A stretch of DNA of 64,000 nt. Origin: Candidatus Merdivicinus intestinigallinarum (GTDB taxonomy: Bacteria > Bacillota > Clostridia > Oscillospirales > Ruminococcaceae). The stretch spans positions 46,457 to 110,456 of the forward strand of contig DVOW01000025.1 of the NCBI GenBank assembly GCA_018713335.1. The letters are read 5' to 3'. Positions 15,837-24,050 of this stretch are shown here, one piece after another (positions within the stretch are counted from its first letter, which is position 1; every line of letters starts with the position of its first letter). Under the pieces are notes generated by a model. It saw only the letters and a program-made list of their open reading frames with translations, did no database searches and was not told the DNA's origin. The position numbers were made by a program, and so were the translations under genes.

Positions 15837-15994
15837 GGGACGGCTCGATAAACTCGCCGGTTTGATGTGTTTCATTTTCTATCGATTTTTGGGGGCATGT
15901 TGTAGGGGGCGGCGTCCCCGACGCCCCGTCGTTTTTGCAAAATCAAACGATAGAAGATGAAACCTGTCAAATCGGCGAATTTGTTGAGCCGTCC
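15837..15994. repeat. Single GTAG-headed palindrome flanked by ~55-bp imperfect inverted repeats (MITE-like arrangement)
   Basis: The arms 15837-15891 and 15938-15994 are about 80% complementary (...CGATAAACTCGCCGGTTTGATGTGTTTCATTTTCTATCGATTTTTG vs CAAAATCAAACGATAGAAGATGAAACCTGTCAAATCGGCGAATTTGTTG...). The core is TGTAGGGGGC followed by the hairpin GGCGTC-ccc-GACGCC (15902-15928). Confidence 0.55.
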
Positions 15995-16059
15995 AGCGGT
16001 TGGTTAGGAATTGAAACGCCGCGTCGAATTGGCCGCGGGGCCTCCCCGCCAGGCCTGGG

Positions 16060-16428
16060 TCAGCTCTTGTCGCCGGGCTTGAAAATGAGGGCGGCCACCA
16101 GCCCGAACAGCACCGCCGCCGTGATCCCCGCCGCCGATGCGGTAAGGCCGCCGGTGAAAATGCCCAAGATCCCGTCTTCTGCCACCGCTTCCTTCACGCC
16201 CTTGGCAAGCAGCGCCCCGAACCCGGTCAAAGGCACGCTGGCCCCGGCCCCGGCGAAGTCGATGAGGGGCTGGTAAATCCCAAGTCCCCCTAAAATCACA
16301 CCGGCCACCACATAGGACACCAAGATCCGGGCCGGCGTCAGCTTGGTGTAGTCGATGAGGGCCTGGCCGATGGCGCAGAAAACGCCCCCCACCAGGAACG
16401 CCTTGGCAAATTCCCAAAACAGGTCCAT
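16060..16428 (-). CDS. spoVAEB: Stage V sporulation protein AE (SpoVAEB-type small membrane protein)
   Basis: 122 aa and hydrophobic (FLVGGVFCAIGQ...GAGASVPLTGFGALLAKG). The start directly abuts the spoVAD stop (TGAATG). Confidence 0.85.
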   Translation of the reverse strand: MDLFWEFAKAFLVGGVFCAIGQALIDYTKLTPARILVSYVVAGVILGGLGIYQPLIDFAGAGASVPLTGFGALLAKGVKEAVAEDGILGIFTGGLTASAAGITAAVLFGLVAALIFKPGDKS

Positions 16429-17451
16429 TCAATTCCCCCCTTCCGCCGCGCTGATGTGCACCAGGTGTGCGATCCCCGGGATGCTCTCCCCCTGCTGCAA
16501 AAGGGTGGGGGACATGAGGGCCCCGGTGGCCACGAACAGCACGTTTTTCCATTCCCCGGACTGGATGCGGGGCAGGATGTGGGCGCACAGCACCGAGGCC
16601 GAACACCCGCACCCGGAACCGCCCGCGTGGACGTCCTGGGTGTTCCGGTCGTAGATCATGAGGCCGCAGTCGTTGTGCTGGACGGATATGGAAAGCTTTT
16701 CCCGTTCCAGCAGTTCCAGCAGCAGATCCCGGCCCACCATCCCCAGGTCGCCGGTGAAGATCCGGTCATACTGCTCCGGATGGGTTTTGGTTTCCCGGAA
16801 AAACGCCGCGATGGTCCCCGCCGCGGCCGGGGCCATGGCCGCCCCCATGTTGGCGGCGTCGGTGATGCCAAGGTCCGCGATCTGCCCGATGGTCACATGG
16901 CGGATAAAAGGGCTTTGCTTCTTCTTCCCCACGATGACCGCCCCGGAGGCCGTGGCCGTCCATTGGGCGGTGGGGGTCCGCTGGCCGCCGTATTCCAGGG
17001 GGAACCGGAACTGCCGTTCCGCTGAGCAGAAGTGGGAGGAGGTGACAGCCGCCGCCCGGTCCGCCAGCCCTCCCTCCAAAAAGAGGGAAGCCATGGCAAG
17101 GCTCTCCGCCATGGTGGAGCAGGCCCCATATAGGCCCAAAAAGGGGATCCCTAGATCCCGCAGGCCGTAAGTGGAGCTGACGCACTGGTTTAAAAGGTCC
17201 CCGGCAAAGACCATGTCCACCTCCTTGGGGGTGACCTTGGCTTTGGTCATGGCCCGTTCCAGGGCCGTTTTCTGCATCCGGCTCTCGGCTTTTTCCCAGG
17301 TGGTTTCCCCAAAGGTGGTGTCCTCGTTTGTCAGGTCAAATTCATTTCCCAAGGGTCCTTCCCGTTCCATTTTCCCGCCGATGGCCGCGTACCCCTCGAT
17401 GGAGGGGCAGTTTTCCAGCCGGAGCGTGCCCCGGCCCATTCTGATCGCCAC
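16429..17451 (-). CDS. spoVAD: Stage V sporulation protein AD (thiolase-fold)
   Basis: Long collinear similarity to B. subtilis SpoVAD (GACSTMAES, SSHFCSAERQFRFPLEYGGQRTP, DLGITDAANMGAAMAPAA, HNDCGLMIYD, GGSGCGCSA, ATGALMSPT). I prefer the GTG at 17451, which is 7 nt after GGGAGG; the ATG at 17439 is an alternative. Confidence 0.9.
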   Translation of the reverse strand: MAIRMGRGTLRLENCPSIEGYAAIGGKMEREGPLGNEFDLTNEDTTFGETTWEKAESRMQKTALERAMTKAKVTPKEVDMVFAGDLLNQCVSSTYGLRDLGIPFLGLYGACSTMAESLAMASLFLEGGLADRAAAVTSSHFCSAERQFRFPLEYGGQRTPTAQWTATASGAVIVGKKKQSPFIRHVTIGQIADLGITDAANMGAAMAPAAAGTIAAFFRETKTHPEQYDRIFTGDLGMVGRDLLLELLEREKLSISVQHNDCGLMIYDRNTQDVHAGGSGCGCSASVLCAHILPRIQSGEWKNVLFVATGALMSPTLLQQGESIPGIAHLVHISAAEGGN

Positions 17452-17545
17452 TGAAATTCCTCCCAACCGGAAATGTTTTCCCTGTTATTTTGCCGCCGTT
17501 TTTTGGAATTATGTAGGAAATTTCTGGAAAAATCTCCGATCCCTC

Positions 17546-17576
17546 TTGACATGGAGCAGGCTCCATGTGGTATGAT
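17546..17576 (+). promoter_or_regulatory. Candidate promoter with an embedded 18-bp palindrome upstream of the aldo/keto reductase
   Basis: TTGACA (17546-17551), a 19-nt spacer, then an extended -10 TGgTATGAT (17571-17576 for the hexamer). The spacer is the perfect inverted repeat CATGGAGC-ag-GCTCCATG (17550-17567), which looks like an operator. Confidence 0.45.
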
Positions 17577-17609
17577 AAAAGCAAAGCAACTATGAGGAAG
17601 GGATTTTCC

Positions 17610-18620
17610 ATGAAACAGGTAACATTGGGCCGGACCGGCATCACCGTCAACCGCAACGGCTTCGGCGCCCTGCCGGTGCAGCGGGTCTCCAAGGAGGAAG
17701 GCGCCCGGCTTTTGCGGAAGGCTTTTGACAACGGCATCAACTTTTTTGATACCGCCCGGGCCTATACCGACAGCGAGGAAAAGATCGGCCTGGGGCTTTC
17801 GGACGTTCGGGACCGGATCATACTGGCCACCAAGACCGGCCAGACCACCCCGGAAGGCTTCTGGAAGGACCTGGAAACCAGCCTTTCGCTCTTGAAAACG
17901 GACCATGTGGACATTTACCAGTTCCATAACCCTGCCTTCTGCCCCAAACCCGGGGACGGCTCCGGCCTTTACGAGGCCATGCTGGAGGCCAAAAAGCAGG
18001 GGAAGATCCGCTTTATCGGCATCACCAACCACCGACTGGCCGTTGCCAGGGAAGCGGTGGAATCGGGCCTTTACGACACCTTGCAGTTCCCCTTCAGCTA
18101 TTTGGCCAGCGAGAAAGAGGAGGAGCTGGTGCGCCTGTGCGCCGAAAAGAACGTGGGCTTTATCTGCATGAAGGCCCTGTCCGGCGGGCTGATCACCCGG
18201 TCGGACGCGGCTTACGCTTATCTTGCCCAGTTTGAGAACACTTTGCCCATTTGGGGCATCCAGCGGGAATCGGAGCTGGATAAGTTTTTGTCCTATCAGG
18301 ACAACCCGCCTGCCCTCACCCCGGAAATGACGGCCCTCATTGAAAAAGACCGCCGGGAGCTTGCCGGGGAATTCTGCCGGGGCTGCGGATACTGCATGCC
18401 CTGCCCCCAGGGGATCGAGATCAACACCTGCGCCCGGATGTCTTTGCTCCTGCGCCGTTCTCCTGCCGCCGGATGGCTGTCGGAGCAGGGCCAGGCCATG
18501 ATGAAAAAGGTGGAAAACTGCGTCCAGTGCGGCCAGTGCAAGGCCAAGTGCCCCTATGGACTGGACACCCCCGCCCTTCTGCGCCGCAATTACGAGGATT
18601 ACCAGACTTTTCTGAAATAA
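17610..18620 (+). CDS. Aldo/keto reductase with a C-terminal 4Fe-4S ferredoxin-type domain
   Basis: The start is moved to the ATG at 17610 (MKQVTLGRTGI...) after GAGGAAGGG. An AKR N-terminal pattern is followed by two Cys clusters, CRGCGYCMPCPQG and CVQCGQCKAKCPYG. Confidence 0.85.
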   Translation: MKQVTLGRTGITVNRNGFGALPVQRVSKEEGARLLRKAFDNGINFFDTARAYTDSEEKIGLGLSDVRDRIILATKTGQTTPEGFWKDLETSLSLLKTDHVDIYQFHNPAFCPKPGDGSGLYEAMLEAKKQGKIRFIGITNHRLAVAREAVESGLYDTLQFPFSYLASEKEEELVRLCAEKNVGFICMKALSGGLITRSDAAYAYLAQFENTLPIWGIQRESELDKFLSYQDNPPALTPEMTALIEKDRRELAGEFCRGCGYCMPCPQGIEINTCARMSLLLRRSPAAGWLSEQGQAMMKKVENCVQCGQCKAKCPYGLDTPALLRRNYEDYQTFLK

Positions 18621-18782
18621 ATACGGGAGCCGCCCTGCGCAAAACAGGACGGCTCCCTTAAATTTTACATGGATTTGATACAGGATGGTTTTACTGTTCC
18701 GGAAAGCCCCGTATAATAAAAGAAAAACGGCTTTCTGCCGCATCGTATCGGATGCGCCTTGAATCGGAAAGGAGTTTTCAAT

Positions 18783-18977
18783 ATGCTTCCCTGCAAAAAT
18801 ACCTGCCCCCACTACACCGAAGGCTGCCATAAAACCTGCGCGGATTGGAAACGGTACCAGGAGGTCATGCGCGCTGACCGCCAGAAACGGGCGGCGTATT
18901 TGAAGCTGCAGGAGGAAAACTGCCGGATCATGGCCCGCCAGTACCGGGAGATGACCTCCGGCCGGCGGTATTACTGA
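18783..18977 (+). CDS. Small Cys-rich protein of unknown function (64 aa)
   Basis: GGAAAGGAG RBS 8 nt upstream of the ATG. The sequence is MLPCKNTCPHYTEGCHKTCADWKRYQ... and the 3' end overlaps the convergent MFS gene by 7 nt. Confidence 0.5.
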   Translation: MLPCKNTCPHYTEGCHKTCADWKRYQEVMRADRQKRAAYLKLQEENCRIMARQYREMTSGRRYY

Positions 18978-20203
18978 GGCTGTCCTTCCATAGAGGGCTG
19001 GGGTTCCGCTTTCCGGATGTTTTTGGAAAGGGGCCAGAAGATCCCCAAAGCCAGGTGCAGGATTCCCATCAGCAAAAACCACATGGGGATGGGGATCCGG
19101 TCGCCCACAAGGGCGGCGGCTATGAGCCCCAGGGGGACGCTGGTGTTGTCCAGGGTGTTCAAAACGGAAAAGACCCGCCCATGATACCGCACAGGTACAT
19201 AGGACTGGTAAAAGGCTTCCAATGAGGCCCCGCCGATTGCGCCGAATACGCTGGAAATAAACATCAGCGCGGCCAGGGCCCAAAATCTGTCGGAGGGCAA
19301 GATCCCCACCAGGATATAGGCAACGCCCAGGCCTCCCCAGCCGAAGGCGCTGGTGAAGAGCTTCCGGCGGAACCCGCCCCAGACGCCCATGATGACCCCG
19401 CCTGCCACAAGGCCGATGCCGCTTAAGGAAGTGATCCAGGACAGCTCCGCTACGCCGCCGCCGAACACCTTGGTGACCAGGAGGGATTTCATGGCGTTGG
19501 CCGGGCCGCAGAAAACATTGGCCAGGGTGCAGGTCCCCACCACAAAGAACAGGGCCTTGGAGTGCAGCACATAGAGAAAGCCTTCCTTGGTTTCCGCAAG
19601 CACCGAGGATCTTTCCCGGACTGCCGGCGCTTCCTGGCGGATCTTGGCGCAGGCGAAGGTGATCACGGCAATGGCGGCCGTGGCTACGTCGATGTACAGC
19701 ACTGCCTCCACCGAAAACAGGTCGATCAGCAGCGCCCCGGCAATGGGCGCCACTACGGCCATCATGCCGTTGAGGATCTTGTCCATGCCCCCGGCCCTGG
19801 CAAGATATTCCGGCGGGACGATCAGGGGCGTAGTGGACATCATGGCCGGCTGGTGGAACATCTGCCCCATGGAACGGAGGAACAGTACGGCCATCACGGC
19901 CCCGGTCCCGGCTAGTCCTAGGCGGAACAGCAGAATGAGGCCCAGGGTCACCACCGCGACGGCGCTGTCCGCCCCCATGACAACGGTCTTCCGCTTCAGC
20001 CGGTCGATGACCGCCCCGGCAAAGGGCCCCAGGATCATCCGGGGGACCAGGGTCATCAGTGTGGACACCGCTAAGATCTGTTCAGAACCGGTGGTTTCGG
20101 TGAGCCACCAGATCAAGGCGAAATCTACCAGGCTGGAACCGAGCAGGGAAAAGGCCTGCCCGGTCCATACGGTAAAAAATGTGCGTTTCCATCCCGCGTG
20201 CAT
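18971..20203 (-). CDS. MFS transporter (efflux-type, 12 TM)
   Basis: AAAGGAG RBS; 410 aa. The profile is hydrophobic throughout, with an MFS-like N-terminus (FFTVWTGQAFSLLGSSLVDFALIWW). Confidence 0.85.
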   Translation of the reverse strand: MHAGWKRTFFTVWTGQAFSLLGSSLVDFALIWWLTETTGSEQILAVSTLMTLVPRMILGPFAGAVIDRLKRKTVVMGADSAVAVVTLGLILLFRLGLAGTGAVMAVLFLRSMGQMFHQPAMMSTTPLIVPPEYLARAGGMDKILNGMMAVVAPIAGALLIDLFSVEAVLYIDVATAAIAVITFACAKIRQEAPAVRERSSVLAETKEGFLYVLHSKALFFVVGTCTLANVFCGPANAMKSLLVTKVFGGGVAELSWITSLSGIGLVAGGVIMGVWGGFRRKLFTSAFGWGGLGVAYILVGILPSDRFWALAALMFISSVFGAIGGASLEAFYQSYVPVRYHGRVFSVLNTLDNTSVPLGLIAAALVGDRIPIPMWFLLMGILHLALGIFWPLSKNIRKAEPQPSMEGQPQ

Positions 20204-20367
20204 TTGCTCCAGCTCCTTTTTGCCCGCGGTCCCTGCCGCGGGTGGTCCTCTGTTTCAATCTACAAAAAAATCCGGCCGGCGTCAAGCCTGAATTTGAAAA
20301 AACTGAATTTTGGACAAGTTTTTCTCAATAACAGATAGACGCCGGGCATTTTTGGGGGGAAGCGGAG

Positions 20368-20715
20368 CTATTCCGCCCGCTGCACCACGCAGAAGGGGTT
20401 GCCGTCCGGGTCCTGCAAAACCGCATAGTCCGCGTCTGGCGGGTACCGCCATTCCTTCCGGGTTGCCCCAAGGGAAAGCAGCCGTTTTACCTCCGCCGCC
20501 TGGTCGTGGGTGAACAGGTCCAAATGGTGCCGCCTGGGCTTTGGGGAGGAAACAAGGCTCAACGACAGCTGGACGCCCGGGCCTTCTTCCGGTATTAACA
20601 CCGCCCAGTCCTCCGAAGCGGGGTATTTCAGGCGGTAATGCAAAGCCTGGCTCCAAAATTCTACCGCCCGGGCAATATCCGTCACGCCCCAGACGATCGC
20701 GCCGATTTCCAACAT
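20368..20715 (-). CDS. VOC/glyoxalase-family protein
   Basis: AAAGGAGGAAAA RBS; 115 aa. The glyoxalase-like pattern is IVWGVTDIARAVEFW...HHLDLF...LQDPDGNPFCV. Confidence 0.8.
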   Translation of the reverse strand: MLEIGAIVWGVTDIARAVEFWSQALHYRLKYPASEDWAVLIPEEGPGVQLSLSLVSSPKPRRHHLDLFTHDQAAEVKRLLSLGATRKEWRYPPDADYAVLQDPDGNPFCVVQRAE

Positions 20716-20766
20716 TGGCTTTTCCTCCTTTGAGTAACAAAATATCCGGCAGAATAGGGCCCGCCT

Positions 20767-22389
20767 TTACTGGGCCTTATTTTTTTGCGCAATAAGCCGT
20801 TCAAATTCCTGCTCCAAGGCCTCTTTGTCCGGGCAGTTGGGGGCGGACAGCCGGGAAACCACCTCCGCCAGCCGCAGCTCCAGAAGGGCTTTGTCCATCT
20901 GCTTTTGCGGCTTCGGCTCCGCCTGCTTTTTCTCCCAGTCGGACAGGTTCCCGTCAAAGGACAGGAGCTTTTTGTTTTCGATCCGCAGGAGCCGGGTGGC
21001 GCAGGCGTCTGAAAAGGCCCGGTCGTGGGAAACAAACAGCACCGTCCCCTCGTATTCCCGCACCATCTCCTGCAGCGCCTCAATGGCGGGCATATCCAGG
21101 AAATTGGTGGGTTCGTCCAGCAAAAGGAGGTTTGCCGGGGAGCCGAAGAGCTTGGCAAAAGCCAGCTTCACCCGTTCGCCGCCGCTTAATACCCCCGCTT
21201 TTTTGAACACATCCTCCCGGCGAATCAAAAGCCTTGCTAAAATCCCCCGCATGGTCTTTTCATCCTGCACCGCCGTGTCCATGACGTTTTCCAGGACGGT
21301 TTTTTCCAAATCCAGGGAGTCTAACCCCTGCTTGAAATACCCGATCTTCGCCTTGGGTACAATGCGGATCCCCGGCCCGTTGGAGATAATCAGCTCCATT
21401 AACGTGGTTTTACCCGCCCCGTTCGGCCCGACGAGGGCCGTTTTGCTGCCCTTGGGTAAAGAGAAGGCAGCGTTTTCAAACACGCGGTTTTCCCCATAGC
21501 GGAAGGTCAGGTGGCTCCCGGTGACGATTTCCCGATTTTCCGGCGGGTCGGTGAGGGAGAAGTCGATTTTTACCAGAGGCGTTTCCCGGGGGCGCTCCTT
21601 GACTTCCAGCTGTTCTAAGCGGGATAAAATGGATTTCCGGGCATTGTCAAATTTTTCCGCCTTTTCCACCGCCTCCCGTTTATGAAGCCGGGCTTCGGAA
21701 TTGCCCATGCGGCTGGGGGCCTTGCGGACGGAACGGCTGGCCTGGCTCCGTTCTCTGGCCGCCGCTTCCAGCCGGGCCTTCTCGGAACGGTACTGCTGGT
21801 ACTCAAATTCCCGCCGCTTAAACTCCTGCTCCCGCTGCTGGCGGTAAGCAGTGAAATTGCCGGTGTAAAAATGCAGGGCCCCGTCCTTGACCTCGATGAT
21901 CCGGGTGCACAGCCGGTCCAGCACCGCCCGGTCGTGGCTGATGAGGAGCAGGGTAGGGCATTGCTCCAGCATCCGGCAGCAAAGCTCCACCCCCTCTGCG
22001 TCCAGGTTGGCCGTGGGCTCGTCGGCGAAAGTGAGAAGGGCGTTTTCCTCCATGGCCGCCAGCCCCAGGCGGGTCATTTCGCCGCCGCTTAATTTTTCCC
22101 GGGTCAGCTTCCCGGAAATGCCCAGTTCCTTGGATTTCCGGGGGTCGATTTCCTCCGTCCGTTCCCGGAACTGCTTAAAATAGCTCACCGGCGCTTCCCG
22201 GATGACGCTGCCTTCGTCCGGCGTCAGCTCCCCGGACAGGATGTTTAACAGGGTGGTTTTCCCCGCGCCGTTGACCCCCACGATGCCGATGCGGTCCCCC
22301 TCATAAACGGTCAGCTTTTCAAATTCCAGGATTTTCCGGTCGGAAAAATACTGGACAATGTGGCTGGCCGAAAGCAGAATTTTGGACAT
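20767..22389 (-). CDS. ABC-F family ATPase (two NBDs, no membrane domain); possible ribosome-protection/ARE type
   Basis: The start is moved to the ATG at 22389 (MSKILLSA...) after GGGAGG. Walker A motifs are GVNGAGKTT and GPNGAGKTT; signatures are LSGGE and LSGGE. An ~85-aa charged inter-domain linker is present. Confidence 0.9.
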   Translation of the reverse strand: MSKILLSASHIVQYFSDRKILEFEKLTVYEGDRIGIVGVNGAGKTTLLNILSGELTPDEGSVIREAPVSYFKQFRERTEEIDPRKSKELGISGKLTREKLSGGEMTRLGLAAMEENALLTFADEPTANLDAEGVELCCRMLEQCPTLLLISHDRAVLDRLCTRIIEVKDGALHFYTGNFTAYRQQREQEFKRREFEYQQYRSEKARLEAAARERSQASRSVRKAPSRMGNSEARLHKREAVEKAEKFDNARKSILSRLEQLEVKERPRETPLVKIDFSLTDPPENREIVTGSHLTFRYGENRVFENAAFSLPKGSKTALVGPNGAGKTTLMELIISNGPGIRIVPKAKIGYFKQGLDSLDLEKTVLENVMDTAVQDEKTMRGILARLLIRREDVFKKAGVLSGGERVKLAFAKLFGSPANLLLLDEPTNFLDMPAIEALQEMVREYEGTVLFVSHDRAFSDACATRLLRIENKKLLSFDGNLSDWEKKQAEPKPQKQMDKALLELRLAEVVSRLSAPNCPDKEALEQEFERLIAQKNKAQ

Positions 22390-22440
22390 AAAAATACCTC
22401 CCTTGCCTTGCAGAAGGCGCCGGAGGGCGGAAATGGGTGC

Positions 22441-22476
22441 AAAAAACCCCGGAAACACGCAAAAACGCATATTTCC
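22441..22476 (-). terminator. Attenuator-like intrinsic terminator in the ABC-F leader
   Basis: On the minus strand GGAAAUAUGC-guuuuu-GCGUGUUUCC forms a 10-bp stem with two G-U pairs, then GGGGUUUUUU. It ends 51 nt upstream of the start codon. Confidence 0.6.
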
Positions 22477-22576
22477 AGGCCATTCTCAAGGAAAGGCCGG
22501 TAATCCGCCGGTTCCAGCACAAACAAAGGGTAATAAAACCCCTTCTGCATTTCAGAATCTTGTTTGTGTGAAATAC

Positions 22577-22591
22577 TTAGCGAATATACAT
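22577..22591 (-). promoter_or_regulatory. Candidate 4-codon leader uORF (MYIR) in the ABC-F leader
   Basis: ATG TAT ATT CGC TAA on the minus strand, preceded by GGGAAAGG about 10 nt upstream. It lies between the promoter and the attenuator hairpin. Confidence 0.35.
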
Positions 22592-22630
22592 TCTGGCAAT
22601 ACCTTTCCCTTTCTTCTTGATTTCGTTTTC

Positions 22631-22659
22631 AGTATAGCACAGCCAAATGATTTTTGCAA
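22631..22659 (-). promoter_or_regulatory. Candidate sigma-A promoter of the ABC-F gene
   Basis: On the minus strand: TTGCAA (22659-22654), a 17-nt spacer, then TATACT (22636-22631) with TG two nt upstream. This gives a leader of about 235 nt. Confidence 0.55.
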
Positions 22660-22719
22660 GAGGAAAATCAAATTTTGGAATCGCCGGGCAAATATATTTG
22701 ATGAATTTCTAATAGATGA

Positions 22720-22748
22720 TTGACAAATATAAACGATAATGATATGAT
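22720..22748 (+). promoter_or_regulatory. Candidate sigma-A promoter of the MFS/ArsR-like pair
   Basis: TTGACA (22720-22725), a 17-nt spacer, then TATGAT (22743-22748). Confidence 0.6.
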
Positions 22749-22783
22749 ACACTTATAATATCGATGTTAGAGGTGAATAAAAC

Positions 22784-24049
22784 ATGTATCGGGAGATCCT
22801 CAAAAACGCCGACTACCGCAAACTGCTTTTGGCCGATGTCATCAACCGGTTTGGGGACAGTGTGGATGCGGTGGCCTTCACCTGGCTCACCTATCAGTTC
22901 AGCCAGAGCGCTTCTTTAAGCGCCCTGACGCTGGCGGCCAACCGCCTTCCCACCGTGATTTTCCAGCCCCTCTTCAGCCCCATTGCCGACCGTCTGCCCA
23001 AAAAGCCGGTGATGGCGGTGTGCGACTTTATCCGGGCGGCGCTGGTGGGGATTTTCCTGCTGCTTTATCTCACCGGTTCCCTGCAGGCCTGGATGTTTTT
23101 GGCTTTTTCCTTTGTCATGAACACGGTGGAATCCTTCCGGATTCCCGCCGGTGTGGGGATGCTACCGAAGCTGGTGGGGAAAGAGGAATACAAAAAGGCC
23201 AGCAGCTTGATGAACTCCGTCTGCATGGTGGCGGATTTGGCGGGAACCGGACTGGCGGGACTAATCATCGCACTGTCCATGGGGGCAGCCTTTGGCGTTG
23301 ACCTTCTGACCTTTGTCCTGTCCGGCCTGCTGATCCTGGGCATCCGGTTCCGGGAAACCATCGCCCCCAAAGAGGAACAGAAGGGCTATTTTGCAGAATT
23401 AAAAGGCGGCTTCCAGTATCTGGGGAAAAACCAACTCTTTCTGCTCCTGGTCATGGGCGCGGTGCTGTTCAACAGCGTCGGCACGATCCTCGGCTGCCTG
23501 ATGGTCCCTTATATCTCGGATGTCTTCCGGGGCGGCAGTATGGCGCTGTCCATGTTTGGGGCGGCCCAGACCGCCGGGATGCTGCTGGCCTTCTATTTCT
23601 ATCCCAAAATTTCGGAAAAAATCTCCTACCGGGTGCAATTTCTGGCCGGATATGCCGCGCTTGCCGCGGGATATGCAGCCCTGACGGTGTTTCCCGCACT
23701 GGGCTGGTTCCGCTACCTGGCCGCCGGGCTCTTCATGTTCGCCTGGGGCGGGGTCATGGGGATCACCAACAGCTTTTTCAGCATTCAGTTTGTCCGGATC
23801 GTGGAGCCGGACTACCTGGGACGGGCGGCGGCGGTTTTTAATTCAGCGGGAGCCTGTATCGATCCGCTGATGTCCGTCCTTGTGGCGGGATTGGCGGCAT
23901 TGCTGTCCATTCAGGTTTTGTTTGCCATTGCCGCCGCAGCCGCCGCTGTGGTTTTGGTCATCCTGTCCCGGTTAAAACTCTGCTATGCCTTGAATGAAAA
24001 GGAAAAACCTGCTATCATGGAAGGAGAACAACATGTAGGAGTGGATTGA
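22784..24049 (+). CDS. MFS transporter
   Basis: AGAGGTGA RBS; 421 aa; 12 predicted hydrophobic segments. The N-terminus is like the other MFS gene in the window (LLLADVINRFGDSVDAVAFTWL). Confidence 0.85.
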   Translation: MYREILKNADYRKLLLADVINRFGDSVDAVAFTWLTYQFSQSASLSALTLAANRLPTVIFQPLFSPIADRLPKKPVMAVCDFIRAALVGIFLLLYLTGSLQAWMFLAFSFVMNTVESFRIPAGVGMLPKLVGKEEYKKASSLMNSVCMVADLAGTGLAGLIIALSMGAAFGVDLLTFVLSGLLILGIRFRETIAPKEEQKGYFAELKGGFQYLGKNQLFLLLVMGAVLFNSVGTILGCLMVPYISDVFRGGSMALSMFGAAQTAGMLLAFYFYPKISEKISYRVQFLAGYAALAAGYAALTVFPALGWFRYLAAGLFMFAWGGVMGITNSFFSIQFVRIVEPDYLGRAAAVFNSAGACIDPLMSVLVAGLAALLSIQVLFAIAAAAAAVVLVILSRLKLCYALNEKEKPAIMEGEQHVGVD

Positions 24050-24050
24050 T

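Noticed and set aside
14959-16000. Possible CRISPR array, because a GC-rich palindromic motif recurs.
   Set aside because: The copies are in both orientations, are irregularly spaced (67-650 nt) and have variable stems. No cas genes are present. The REP/REPIN-like interpretation fits better.
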